Assembly (NCBI RefSeq): GCF_030144855.1
Contig: NC_082711.1
Location: forward strand, 160,766,001 to 160,830,000
Origin: Hypanus sabinus
Taxonomy: Eukaryota
Direction: 5' to 3'
DNA length: 64,000 bases
Shown: positions 48,956-61,922 of the stretch, one piece after another
Position numbering within the stretch: position 1 is the stretch's first letter
How the letters are laid out: every line of letters begins with the position of its first letter
Notes under the pieces: generated by a model
What the model saw: only the letters and a program-made list of their open reading frames with translations
The model's database searches: none
Told to the model about the DNA's origin: nothing
Made by a program: the position numbers and the translations under genes

Positions 48956-51629
48956 GAGTTGTCAAGAAATATTGGTTGCACACAGGGTTTTATGGAACTT
49001 TGTGATTGCAGGTGAAATGTGACATCAGCAGTTATTATAGTAAGGCTGCAGAGAAACGGACAGGATCCATTTCAACTCTGTGATTGTTCTAACTATATAA
49101 ACAACATGAATGCCTGACAAACAATGAAAGGTGAACTTAAAGTGAAGATCTGCATGCATTCTGTCTAAGGACACCCAACAAGCAAAATTAACAACACACA
49201 ATGTGACAGGCAAACAACTTGTGTCAGTTCAGTAGTCACAGTGTAACGATCTATCCATAAAGAATAGTTGGTTATGGCTGAGTTCCTAAAGGATATACAC
49301 CTAGTATTCCATAATGTATCTCAATTACAGTGAGTTTGATAACTATAAGTAACCGTTCTGGTCTCATCATGTTCCCTTCATTATTTCAACTTCCTATTTC
49401 AGTTTTGGCAGACAACAGACTATAGTCCTTTAACTTGTTTTTTGCAGTAAGGAGGTTTCTATCTGGATTGCAACAATGGCAATGTTCTCAGCATTAGGCT
49501 GTGCTTGATTTGCACCTATGACCAGATATTCCTGTTGAGTGGATGGAAGAGGTGGGGGCAATGGAAAAGCAGAGGAGCGTTCACAACTGCATTCAGAAGG
49601 TTGCTAATCCCAATAAATTACATTTCCCTTGGCTTTGCATTTGCAGTCATTAACTGAAGGTCTCAGCATTCCATTTCAAAGAGAGAACCGTCATTCAGAA
49701 GACATTTGCTGACCCATAAATTCGACTAGAAGACATCTACTCAATACAATGTTTCCTCCCAAAGCTGTACACATTGCCTTGCCATTAGTTTAAACATTTA
49801 ACACAACCAATAGAATATGTGCTGTTGTGGTACCATCTTTTTTTTAAAAGAAAACCAATACAGTTTTGGCTTACCTTAAGTGAATCGGATACAATTCATT
49901 GACTTTAGGCTAAATGTGAGATTGTAATGATTTTCCTTCTCCCATTTTTTTTCTGAAAACAGTGTCTGTTTTTCAAGACAGACATTTTATTACAGTGGTT
50001 ATCTTCTGCACAATAGCATGTAATGGATGCAGGATGTTTTTCGAGGATTAAAGTCCAGCAGAAAATGCAAGAAGCCACTGTTAATTGAGGCTCGCAGGCA
50101 GTTTACTCCTTTCAAATGCAGGGTTTAGATGAGAAACTAACTGTAGCCTGAATTCTCACATGCTTCTCTGTTTTAATTAATCTTGTACAGTCCTAGGACA
50201 AATGAAGCGCAGCAGTTCAAGATTTATTTTAATTTAAGCCAATGCATTTTCTTTGTGAAAAATGATCAGCGTCCAAGCACAACTGCTTAGTTGTCTCTGC
50301 CTCATTTTCCTTATTACGTATTCCCGTTTTATCTACGTTCTGAAATCCACCCGTTCAAAGTTGAAAAAAACTTGCAACAAAAAATGCACATGAATCTGAT
50401 GCACACAATTGCAGTTTGTAATAATGATTTTTTGAAAGCTGTTGGGAATTTACATTGTATAGGAAAATTTTATTTTACTGCTGCATTAAACAAATGCTTG
50501 TAGTATTTTATAAGCATTTATCTTCCAAATCATTTAGATTATTACTGCAACCCATGTATTAGTCATACCCTGGGAAATGGTAATGATGTTGTAAATCATA
50601 TTTAAAAGCTAACTTTCAATGTTCTGAATATTTACATTTACCACTGTTGAGATATATTAGAGCTATGTAGGCTTATGCCTAAAATAGTATGATATTGTAA
50701 TTTATTATTACATTTATTCTACCATTCCGCCTCCCCTGATTAGGAAAATGAGCAGCAGATGGAAAAAATACTAAATTCAACAGATTTTCTTGCAACATTT
50801 ACTACCTCCTACATGAAATAGTACCAATTGTAATGAGTTTAAGCACGTTTGAGTTTTGAATTCTTCCAATAATATTTTCATGTAAATAATGTTTTATTAT
50901 TTCTCCAAGTATATAATCACCTATGGGATCGAAGGTCACCAGCTGCAAGTGTCACTGTATTTCATTCAACGACTAGCCTCTGCAGTCGAAGAGAAACATT
51001 AGATATCCAGGCACTCATTAAATTTTAGATTTGTGACATAGGGCTAGTGCATTTATAGAACAAGAAATTGATTGGAAAATAAATCAAGCTGCACATGGAC
51101 ACATAAACAATTCTCTTAGTAAAAAGGTTGGTAATGCAGAATGCCATTACCATCTCAACATTGGTATGATCCTGAAGCAAAATGTGAACATTTTAGTAAG
51201 TTCTTCAGTACTAGAGAACCTTGAATTTGTGTTATTTCTTAATATAACTAAATTTTGGCATAATAAATCAAAGCTGGGCCTTTATAGTCAATTATCTCTT
51301 CTAAGTATCTTTCAAGATAGGCATATGAAAATATACAAAAATAAAATGAAAGGAACAAAGTCCTCGTTAGTATTGCTTAGTTGCTTAATCCCATTAAAAG
51401 GAGTTAAATTATACAAAAGAGCTCTAGGAAGTAATAAAAAAGCAGGCCTAATTAAAACATATTAATATGAGGAAGAAACAGGCCTTGATTATTCCTAGAG
51501 GAGCAAGATACAGTTTATTTTAGTTTGGAACAAAGCAGCACAAGTGGTATAGATTTAATCCAATTCATGTGGCAAAACAAATTATGCATTCCACATTAAT
51601 CTCTCAATTTTTTCCATTATATAAGAAGT

Positions 51630-51770
51630 TTCATCAGGAGGGTTTCAGGTTTCGGCCTGAAATGTCGTCACTATCTCCTCCCATAGATGCTGTCTGGCCT
51701 GCTGAGTTCTGCCAGCATTTTGTGTTTTTATTTACGGTATTTCCAGCATCTGCAGATTCACTCGTGTTGC
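51630..51770 (+). mobile_element. Penelope-family half copy
   Basis: gtttcggcctgaaatgtcg...gatgctgtctggcctgctgagttctgccagcattttgtg. Confidence 0.7.
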
Positions 51771-52261
51771 CTTTGATCTCATTAATTGGTTTAAAGAGTT
51801 AATTTGGAGTGCTTTTGCAGTAATTAACTCAATCAATCAGCTACAATGAAGGAAAAAAAGGCTTGCATTAATAAGAACATCTCTATAAAACACCCACTGA
51901 ATTAACAATGGAACAGAGCTAAAGCAATGAAGACACAATTTTATGATGGAAATAAATATTGTTAGATTTTCCATCTTTAATTGAACTTCTTTTAATCAGA
52001 TATAAAAAAATGGCAGACATACATAAATAAGAAGCCCAAACGATCATTAATAATTTTGACACCTTTTATGGTAATGGATATAAATATTAGCTGTGTAATA
52101 TACTTGAAGAAGACTGTTAAATTCTCAGTGCGCAGGGTGCAATATTTAAGCCATGTGCAGACTCACTCAGCAAGATACACAAAACTCCGTTAAACTGCTA
52201 ATGGACAGCTATATCCTTCAGATAAAAACAGAAGAAATCTGTTTTTTGAATTGAGTTCTTT

Positions 52262-52476
52262 CAACACAAAACATACTGCTGGAGAAACACAACAGGTAAA
52301 GCTGTAACTGCAGAGGGAAACGGGTAGTTGATAATTCAGGCCAGAACTCCTTCAGCAAATCAGATGAAGAGCTTCAAGCTGAAATATCCACTGCCAATTC
52401 CTTCCAAACTTGCTGGACTCCTCCAGAAGTTTGATTCTTTTGCTCCAGATTCCAACATTTGCAATATCTTGTGTCT
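52262..52476. mobile_element. Decayed Penelope-derived foldback
   Basis: Both arms are present. Centre cagatgaagagcttcaagctgaaatatc. Confidence 0.6.
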
Positions 52477-54432
52477 GTACATAGCCTAATACCAAAAAAG
52501 GCAGAGTGACAGGAAGTTATGAAGGTATAAGCAAGGAAGTAATTTTAACACTAACTACAGAAGTAGGAAAGTTGACACCGCACCTGACTGACTTCAATGA
52601 GACATAAAGGCAGGTAGGCCGTAACATCAGTGGCTACTTTCCTACCAGAGTTTAGGCTAAAATTATCTTCAAATACTTAAGTTGATTAGAAGGCAGGGTT
52701 AAAGTCAATGAGGGTGGAGGCTGAATATAATGTGAAAGAGGATGCAGATGCTTAGAGAAAATCAAGCTCATGCAGTAAGGACCATTGTGGAGGGAGTGGG
52801 AGGAAGTCAAGGCTTTGACCTGACAAAGGCATAGAGAAGGATTTTAATTACAACAAAGCAGGGGCAGGTAATCATTGGAAGATAGAAATAAATTACATTG
52901 GTGATGGTTAAAGGATGGAGTACAGTGATCAATGGCAGAGTCAAACAGGTTAAATGCCTTCAGGTTTCTATAGGCAACATGATCAATACATTAAATAAAA
53001 ATGAATTATTTCTATTCTCTTGACACTGATGCAAATTGCATTAAGTATGGCTTAACCAGAACAGAGTGCAAGTGGTGAATTCAGTGCAAAGAAGAAGGGG
53101 GAGCCAACTTGTGCTTCAGAACCTCATGGTGATTCTAATTCTGCGTAAAGATTTAAGTTCCATCTAGTTTTTACCTAGACTTATACATTTTATTTAGAGA
53201 TAGTAAAAGACTGAAATGTAGTTAAATATTATATAGATACATTAATTTTAATCAAAAATATTACATTGAAGTCTGAATTGAATATATCAAAAGAGATTTG
53301 ATAAGGATTGGAGGGAAGTAATTGAAGTACTATTATATGTTGAAGTTAATAAAGATCCCAAATATTTTAGTATATCTGTAGTTTGTTTTTAGGGAGTTTA
53401 ATCCATGTTGGTGAGCTGGTAGTGATATGGCCCATGGGAGAAGGGAACTATATGAACAGGAGGTTGTCAACTCCTTAAGTTTGATAGTAGACCAGATTTA
53501 GACCATTGCTCAAAGACTGAAGGATGGGACTGTGAGTTGGATAGGTAAGGATATTTAGGGTACAGTGACTGTGTGTTCTCAGACATTGAACTTGTTCTTC
53601 AGATGTGAGATACATTCTACTTCACGCAGTGTGGGAGAAGTCTGTGAGGAGCGCAGGCAATCAGACTGCGGCAACATCGTAAAGCAGACTATTCAGCAGA
53701 GGGAGACAAGGAGAAAGGTGGGAATTCGAAGAGACAGCATAACAATGGGAGATAACTTCTGCCTCCGAGTCCTGAAGACTGCATCCACTGCTCGGTGCCA
53801 GAACTAGAGGCATTCATCTCTCAGCTCCCCAGCTTCCAAGCTAAGTTCTGCAAAGGCCCAGTTGCAGGGCTCAGTCTCACTGGAATCCCTTGGCAACACG
53901 CTGGGAAATCTACCTCTCTGATCCCACAGCAGTCCAATCTCATTCAGATTTAAATGCTGGATCAATTGCAGTGGTGCTCAATCTGGAAATTAGGAAGAAA
54001 AGGATAAATCCAGGTATTTACATTTTATATATTTTACTTTATTGCTATGCTCTTAATTGTTAATTAATACTTTAAAAATTACTGCTTTTAAGAGAAGTAA
54101 AGAATAGCTTCCCATTATTTCAGGTAATTGTAATACATTTTAATGGTACACTTGTAAAACAGAAATATTTAAAAAATTCTTACAGAACTTCTAAGCTTTG
54201 AGATATGATGGTTTCACTTCATCTTTGCCTCCTGACAAAGGCCGTCATTGTTTTCTGGGGCAGAGCTCAGTGTGATACAGGCTGACGTTTACTTGCCACA
54301 GAGACCTCATTAAACTCTGTCTCTCTGTTCCAGGACACTCAGGTTCAGAATGTCTATGCCACATTCATACAGCCACAGGGAGATACATGGCAAATCGAGC
54401 TGCAAGCCAAAATGAGTTCAATTGTTTAGAGT

Positions 54433-54715
54433 GTGCGTGGTAGTGTAGTAGTTACCACAACACTTCTCAGTACCAGCAGCGCAGGTTCAATTCCCGCCGT
54501 TGTCCGTAAGGAGTTTGCATGTTCTCCCTGCGACTGCGTGGGTTCCCCCTCGGTGCTCCGGTTTCATTCCATGGTCTAAAGACATACCGGTTGGTAGGCC
54601 AATTGGTTATGGTAAATTGTCCTGTGATTAGGCTAGGATTAAACTGGGGTACTGCTGGGCAGCACAGTTTGAAGGCTCAGAAGGGCCTTTTCCATGTTAT
54701 ACCTCAATAAATAAA
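54433..54715 (+). mobile_element. tRNA-derived V-SINE (HE1-like) with CR1-type tail
   Basis: A box tggtagtgtagtagtta, B box ggttcaattccc, V-domain, tail gaagggccttttccatgttatacctcaataaataaa. Confidence 0.85.
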
Positions 54716-54924
54716 TTCATTAATTAAAGATTCAGTGAGAAAGTGGATCCACCATCAAAATTAGGGATGGTTACATTTAATTGATATGGACCTGATTATC
54801 GACAGAATTGAAGAAATTTGACAATATTAGAGAAAATTAAAAGCAATTGTGAACTTGCAAGATATATAGAAATCAGATTGGGAGAGCTTCCATGAGTGTG
54901 TAAAAATAGAATAAAGATTAATCA

Positions 54925-56795
54925 TTAGTCCCTTAGAAGTTCAGACAGGGGAATAATATAATAACAGGAAAGTTATGTGCACGTTTTTGTATCTGCCTTT
55001 GCAGAAGAAGGCACTAAATGCAACCCAAAGATAATAAGGAACCAAGGGACAAAGTACATTGAAGTACTTGAAACAATTAACATCACCGGAGACCCAGTAC
55101 TCGAGTAATTAGGGACTAAGGGCTGACGAGTTCCCTGCTCTGAGTGACCAGCATTCTGGATACTGAAAAACAGCAACTACAGAAAGTGGATGAATTGGCT
55201 GTCATCTTTCAAAATTGCCTGGACTCTGGAAATGTCCCAGTAGATTGGTAAACACTGCTAATCAAGAAATGGAGGGAGGAAACAGAGAACTACGGGCCAG
55301 TTAACACCAATTGTCAGGGAATGCTGGAACTATCTCCTGGGGGAGCTGATAACACAGCATTTAGAAAAGAATAACTAGACAGAGTCAATGTGATTTCATG
55401 GAAGGGAAATTGCATTCAATGAACTTATATGTGTTCTTTGAGGTTATAATTATCAGAATAGTTGTAAGGGGAACAGATGTGCTAACGTTATTTTATGACT
55501 CTGTAGGTCGGATTGTAACTATTGTGTTGTGTGTGACTATAGGTGCACCTTGGCCACAGAGGAGCAATGTTTTGTTTACTGTATACTTTGTAGGGTTGAA
55601 TGACAGTAAACTTGAACTTAAACTTGAACCTGAACTTTTTGGCAATCCTGATAGTGCTGCATACATACACACTAGGACCTCTATACTCACAAAGAGTATA
55701 TAGTCCCCCAAGCCGTCAGGCTGATCAGCATCTCCATCCATTAACTCTCCCACTCTTTCCCCACCACCACTACACCAAGCGTCACTTCTGTCTATGTATA
55801 TAACAGCTACAGTACATTGTGTTTTAGAGGATTCCTTTATATTTATATTTTTTGGTTTTTTAACACCATTCTTCATGTTCAGTGCATTTGTTATGCTGCA
55901 TTGGACTCAGAGCAACAAATATTTTGTTCGCCTTTACACTCATGTACTGAATATTGACATTAAACCATCTTGAATCTTGAAAATGTTATTGTAAACATCA
56001 TGGGATGAGGGTTACACATTAACATGGATGGAGATTGGTCAACAATGGGAAATTCAGATTCAGATTTATTTATTAATCACATGTACATTGAAACGTACAG
56101 TGAAATGCATCGTTTGCATTAGCAATCAACACAATTTAAGGAAGTGTTGAGGCGGTCCACAAGTGTGGTCACATATTCCAGAGGCAACATAGCGCACCCA
56201 CACAATGCTTGACAGAACAACACAGAACATAACAAAACCGAGCATGAGGAACAACAACAGCAAAACATCTCCCTCACTCTCTCTCCCCCCTCCCCCTCCC
56301 AACCACAGGACAGGCCTCTGGGTCTCAATTCTCTGATCTCCAGGCTTCACCCATTAGGCTTTGACTTCCAATGGACCAGGTTTTGATCTTCGGTAAGGCC
56401 CAGACAGATGATGGGACCCCAAACTCCACACCTTAAACTCTGGTTTGCCACTTCACCAGGCCTTGTTCCTTGTGCTCACATGGACACCGGATCACTGGGG
56501 CAACTAACATGGCACAACCCATCATCTACAGATGTCCTTCATCAAGTTATTCATCGTCAAGATGGTCAGAAGCAGCAAGCGTTGTGCTTGAGGGGACAGT
56601 GCTGGGACATCAGTTATTTACACTCTAACATTAAGGGGATTGTGGGTGATGTATTCAAGATGTTGATGATACAAAGATAGGTGAGAAAATAAATTGCGAG
56701 GACATAAAGTGCCTTGAAAGGACTTCTGAATGCCCTCCCCATGTTAAGTAAGTGGCATGAAAATGGCAGACAGAATGCAAAGTCGGGAAGTATAA
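54925..56795 (+). mobile_element. Old CR1-type LINE fragmented by younger insertions (about 55488-55635, 55720-55982, 56054-56560)
   Basis: Decayed VPVDW, ENYGPV, QSQCDF and KW..E..V.K segments, separated by tails (cttgaa)n and (ttcaga)n. Confidence 0.6.
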
Positions 56796-56799
56796 AGGA

Positions 56800-56892
56800 G
56801 CAAACAATTTGCTGGAGGAACTCAGCAAATCAGCAACATCTGTGGGAGGAAAAGAGCTGCTGACATTTCAGGTCATGACCAAGCATCAGGAT
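56800..56892 (-). mobile_element. Penelope-family half copy
   Basis: gctggaggaactcagc arm. The minus strand reads cctgatgcttggtcatgacctgaaatgtc. Confidence 0.65.
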
Positions 56893-57344
56893 CTTGTATA
56901 AGGGAATGTCAAGTTTGGTTAACAGGGGTTATGAGGACAAGGCATGATGTTGGAGGTGATTCCAAGAATCTGGTTAGCCATGTCTTTAAGAAGGAGACTA
57001 CTTCTGCACCAATGTTTTTATATGCTTTATGTTCTAGTCAAATGTTAAGATAATTTATTTAAGAAAGATGCAAATATGATTGTAGCCCTAAAGCAAGCCT
57101 TGAATATTTGCACTGTCCTGATAATAATGTAATGCAATGATTTGGTACTTTTGTCTATAAATAATTCAATAGAGTTGAGCACAGATTAATTAAAACAGGG
57201 AGGTGTCATTGACAGGCTTTCAAGTAGCGTTTACTCATTACCACTTCACACCAGCGCCTAATTACTCCTGATCCAAACATGAACTAAGTGATGTATTATA
57301 GAGACCACGTGAAAGAGACAACCCTAAAGAATATTTTTAAAAAC

Positions 57345-57627
57345 CAACTTTATTTGCCATATACACATTGAAACCCGCAGTATCAATTGTCAATTGTATC
57401 AAGTCAAATCAGAGAGGATGCCCACAAATGTCATTGTGTTTCTCATCCCTACTTAGCATGTCCGCAACTCACTAATCCTAACACGTACATCTTTGGAATG
57501 CAGGAAGGAACTGGAATACCCAGAGGAAACCCACATTGTCACAAGGAGAATGTACAAGCACCTTAAAGGCAGCAGCAAGAATTGAACACTGGTCAGAAAT
57601 CACTGGTGCATCATGCTAACCACCATG
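57345..57627 (-). mobile_element. V-SINE, decayed
   Basis: Reverse-complement V-domain ggaatacccagaggaaacccac...ggagaatgtacaa. Confidence 0.7.
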
Positions 57628-57649
57628 AAGGTAGGATTCTATCACACTT

Positions 57650-58022
57650 TTGTTTGGTTGTTACGTGCTGTATCGTATGACATAGATGATCACAGTCTTT
57701 CCACAACCATGACTGTTCTTGGCAAATTTTTCAACAATAGTGATTTGCCACTGCCTTCTTCTGGTCAGTATCTCTACAGGATGCGTGATTCCAGCCATTG
57801 TCAAAACTGTTCAGAGATTCTCTAGTGTCAGTGGATGCACGACCAGGACCTGTGATGTGCACCAGCTGCTCATACGACCATCTACCGCCCGCCCCCATGG
57901 CTTCATGTGACATCAATTGGGGGGAAGAAGCAGATGCTACACCTTGCCCAAGGGTGACCTGCAGGCTAGCAGAGGGAAGGAGCACCTTACTACTTCTTTA
58001 GTAGGGATGTATCTCCACCCCA
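57650..58022 (-). mobile_element. Short non-autonomous RTE/BovB-related retroposon
   Basis: The minus-strand 3' part gaagaaggcagtggcaaatcact...ttgccaagaacagtcatgg...catacgatacagcac resembles the Bov-A/Sauria-SINE RTE-derived motif. Confidence 0.6.
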
Positions 58023-58084
58023 CAACCGCGTTTTACCTCAGTAAAACTGATGATCATGAGAATACCAGGGAGAACACATATGTT

Positions 58085-61000
58085 GCTGGAAAACGTACAG
58101 CCTCTGATCAATAAAACTGAAGATCTCAGAACTAGGGTGCTGTATCAGAGGAACAGTAGTCTGGAATCCTGGTTAACTTGCTTCTGTACCGGACCCAGTG
58201 ATTCAGGTTGATGGGTTCACTAGGACTGCTGAGGCTCTCAAAAGTAGAAGTGGAGGCGTATTCCTCATGATCATTTCCTCTTGGTGCACAAATGTGTCAG
58301 CGATGTTCCACTTCTGCTCACCTGACTTAGAATTCCTCACAATCAAGTGTTGGCCATTATACCTGCCACGGAAGATTTCAGCAATCATTTTGGTAGCGGT
58401 GTATATTCCACCTCAGACCAATGACAAAGAAGCTCTAGATGATCTGAGCAATGTGACCAACGGGCATGAAATAGCACATCCTAAAGCTTTCCCCAAACTT
58501 TTGGAGGATTTTAACTAGATCAGCTTGAAAAGTCACTAAATAATTGTCATCAACCAATCACTTGTAGTCCCAGAGGAAAGAACAGACTGACCACTGTTAC
58601 ATCACTATCAAGAATGCTATTCCACACCCTCACTTCAGGAAGTCTGATCACTTGGCTTTACTTCTACCCCCTGAGCACAAGCAGAGACTGAAGACTGCAT
58701 CACCAATAGCGAGGACCAAGGTGTGGACAAGGGAATCACAAGAATGCCTACAGGACTGCTTTGAATTGGTGGACTGGACTGTATTCAGAGATTCATCTTC
58801 GAATCTGGATGAGTATGCTGCAGTTGTTACTGACTTCATTAAAACCTGCAGGGATGTGTGTGTGCCTATGAAAACTTGGCTGTACATTCCCAAATCAAAA
58901 GCCGTGGATGAACCAGGAGGTTCACCATCTGATGAGAGCTAGACCTGTGGCATTTAAGTCTGGGGACCCAGGTCTGTACAAGAATACCAGTAATGGCATG
59001 CGGAGGGCTATTTCAAGAGCTAAGAAACAATTCCAAGCGAGGTTGGAGGTGACATTAGATGCAAGTTAACTCTGGCATAGTTTGCAGGACATTGTTTCCT
59101 ACAAAGAAAAACCCAATAGCATGAATGACAGCGTGCTTCACGACCAGACGAGCTCAATGCCTTTTATGCCCACCTTGAAAAGGAGAATATAACTACAGCT
59201 GTGAAGATCCCTGCTGCACCTGGTGACCCAGTGATCTCTGTCTTGGAGGCTGATGTCAGGCTGCCTTTCAAGAGGGTGACCCCTCACAAGGCAGCAGGTC
59301 CCGATAGAGTACGTGTTAAGGCTCTGAAAACCCATGCCAACCAGCTAGCTGGAGTACTTAAGGACACTTTCAACCTCTCACTACTAAGTTCCCAAGTTCG
59401 CACCTGCTTCAAAAGGACAACAATTCTACCTGTGCTCAAAAAGAGTGGTGTGAGCTGCCTTAATGAATATCATCCCGCAGCACTCACATCTACAATGATG
59501 AAATGCTTTGAGAGGTTGGTCATGGCTACAATCAATTTCTGCCATAGCAAGGACCTGGACCCACTGCAATTTGCCTGTCATCATAATAGGTCAACAGCAG
59601 GCACAATCTCAGTGGCTCTTCACACAGCCCTAGATCAGCTGGACAGTACAATCACCTTTGTCGGATGTTGTTCATTGACTATAGCTCAGCATTTAACACC
59701 ATCATTCCCACACTCCTGATCAATAAGCTAAAGAACCTGGGCCTCTGTTCCTCCCTTGACAATTGGATCCTTGACTACCTAACCAGGAGACCACAATCTT
59801 TGTGGATTGGTAATAGTATCTTCTCCTCAATGATGGTCAACACTGGCACATCTCAGGAATGTGTGCCTAGACCACTGCTCTACTCTCTCTAGAAGGCATG
59901 GGATCCAAGGAGACAATGCTTTGTGGATCCAGAATTGTTTTGCCCACAGAAGGCAAAGGGTAGTTGTTGATAGTTCATATTCTACATGGAGGTCGGTGAC
60001 CAGTGGTGTTCCACAGGGATCTGTTCTGGGACCCCTCCTCTTCATGATTTTTATAAATGATCTGGATGAAGAAGTAGAGGGATGGGTTAGTAAGTTTGCT
60101 GATGACACAAAGGTTCGGGGGTGTTGTGGATAGTCTGGAGAGTTGTCAAAGGTTACAGTGGGACTTCAATAGGATGAAGAACTGGGCTGAAAAGTGGCAG
60201 ATGGACTTCAACCCAGTTAAGTGTGAAGTGGTTCATTTTGGTAGGTCCAATTTGAAGAAAGAATATAATATAAATGGTAAGACTCTTGGCAGGTTGGAGG
60301 ATCTAAGAGATCTTGGGGTCCGTGTGGATAGGACATTCAAAACAGCTGCGCAGGTTGACAGTTTTGTTAAGAAAGTGCATGGTGTGTTAGCATTCATCAG
60401 CCGTGGGATTGAGTTCAAGAGCCGTGAGGTAATGTTACACCTACATAAGACCTTGGTCAGACCCCACATGGAGTACTGTGTTCAGTTCTGGTCACCTCAC
60501 TAGAGGAAGGATATGGATACTGTAGAGAGAGTGCAGAGGAGATGTACAAGGATGTTGCCTGGATTGGAGGGTGTACCTTATGAGAATAGGTTGAGTGTAC
60601 TTGGCCTTTTCTCCTTGCAGCGATGGAGGATGAGAGGTGTATAAGATGATGAGGGACATTGATCATGTGGATAGCCAGAGGCTTTTTTCCAGGGCTGAAA
60701 TGGCTAACACTAAGGTGCATAATTTTAAGGTGCTTGGAAATAGATACCAAGGGGATGTCAGGGTAAGTTTTCACACAGAGAGAGGTGGATGCGTGGAATG
60801 GGCTGCCTGCACGGGAGTGGAGGCAGATACAATGGAGTCTTTTAAGAGCCTCTTAGATAGGTACATGGAGCTTAGAAAATTAGAGGTTATATGCTCTAGG
60901 CAGTTCTAGACAGTTCTAGGCAGTTTCTAGAGTAGGTTACATGGTCAGCACAACATTGTGGGCCAAAAGGCCTGTAATGTGCCGCAGATTTCTATGTTCT

Positions 61001-61922
61001 ATACCCATGACTATGTGGCTAGGCAGAGCTCAAATGCCATTTATAAATTTGCTGATGATACAACCATTGTTGGCAGAATCTCAGATGGAGACAAGGGGGC
61101 GTACAGGAACGAGATATACCAACTAGTTGAGAGGTGTCACTGCAGTAGCCTTGCACTCAGCATCAGTGAGACCAAAGAGCTAATTGTGGATGTCAGAAAG
61201 GGTAAGACGAGAAAACATGATAGGGATCAGAAGTGGAGAGAGTGAGCAATTTGAAGTTCATGGGTGTTAATAACTCTGAGGATCTGACCTGGTCGCAACA
61301 TATCAATACAGCTATAAAAAAGACAGCGGTTATATTTCATTCAGAGTTTAAAGGGATTTGGTTTGTCACCTAAAACATCAAAAAACTTCTACAAGTGTAC
61401 CATAGACAGCATTCTGACAGGCTGCATCTCTGTCTAGTATGGGGGGTGGGTAGTGTGGGGGCTACTGCACAGGACCAAAAGAAGCTACAGGAAGTTGTAA
61501 AATTAGTCAGCTCCATCTTGGGTACTAGCCTCTGTAGTATCTAAGACATCTTCAAGGAGTGGTGCCTCAGGAAGGCGACATCCATCATTAAGGACCTCAT
61601 CACTGAGGACATGCCCTCTTCTCATTGTTACTGTCAGGAAGGACATACAGAAAGCTGAATGCAATCAATAAGCGATTCAGGAACTGCTTCTTTCTCCTCT
61701 GCTATCCAATTCTTAAATGGGCAACGAACACTACCTCACTTTTTATACTATTTCTGTTTTTGCACAATTTTTACTTTAACTATTTATATATACACTTTAA
61801 TTGATTTACTTTTTATTTATTTTTCTATATTATCATGTATTGCATTCTACTGCTACCGCTAAGTTAACAAATTTCACAACATATGCCAATGATATTAAAC
61901 CTGGTTCCGATTCTGATTCTGG
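58085..61922 (+). mobile_element. Rex1/Babar LINE (APE plus RT, decayed), split by a CR1 insertion
   Basis: APE motifs AVYIPP, DFN and SDH. RT motifs [23 protein letters not shown]|YTHD and KFADDT. Tail (gattct)n. Confidence 0.92.
59892..61001 (+). mobile_element. 5'-truncated CR1-type LINE inserted in the Rex1 RT
   Basis: [27 protein letters not shown] and LVRPHMEYCVQFWSPH. Tail ttctatgttcta. tcta at both junctions. Confidence 0.92.

Noticed and set aside
53565-54012. Mildly CpG-rich segment with splice-like sites and an 80-aa ORF
   Set aside because: No coherent exon or known motif, so it cannot be separated from chance.
54433-54500. tRNA gene
   Set aside because: The A and B boxes belong to a SINE head, and no full cloverleaf forms.
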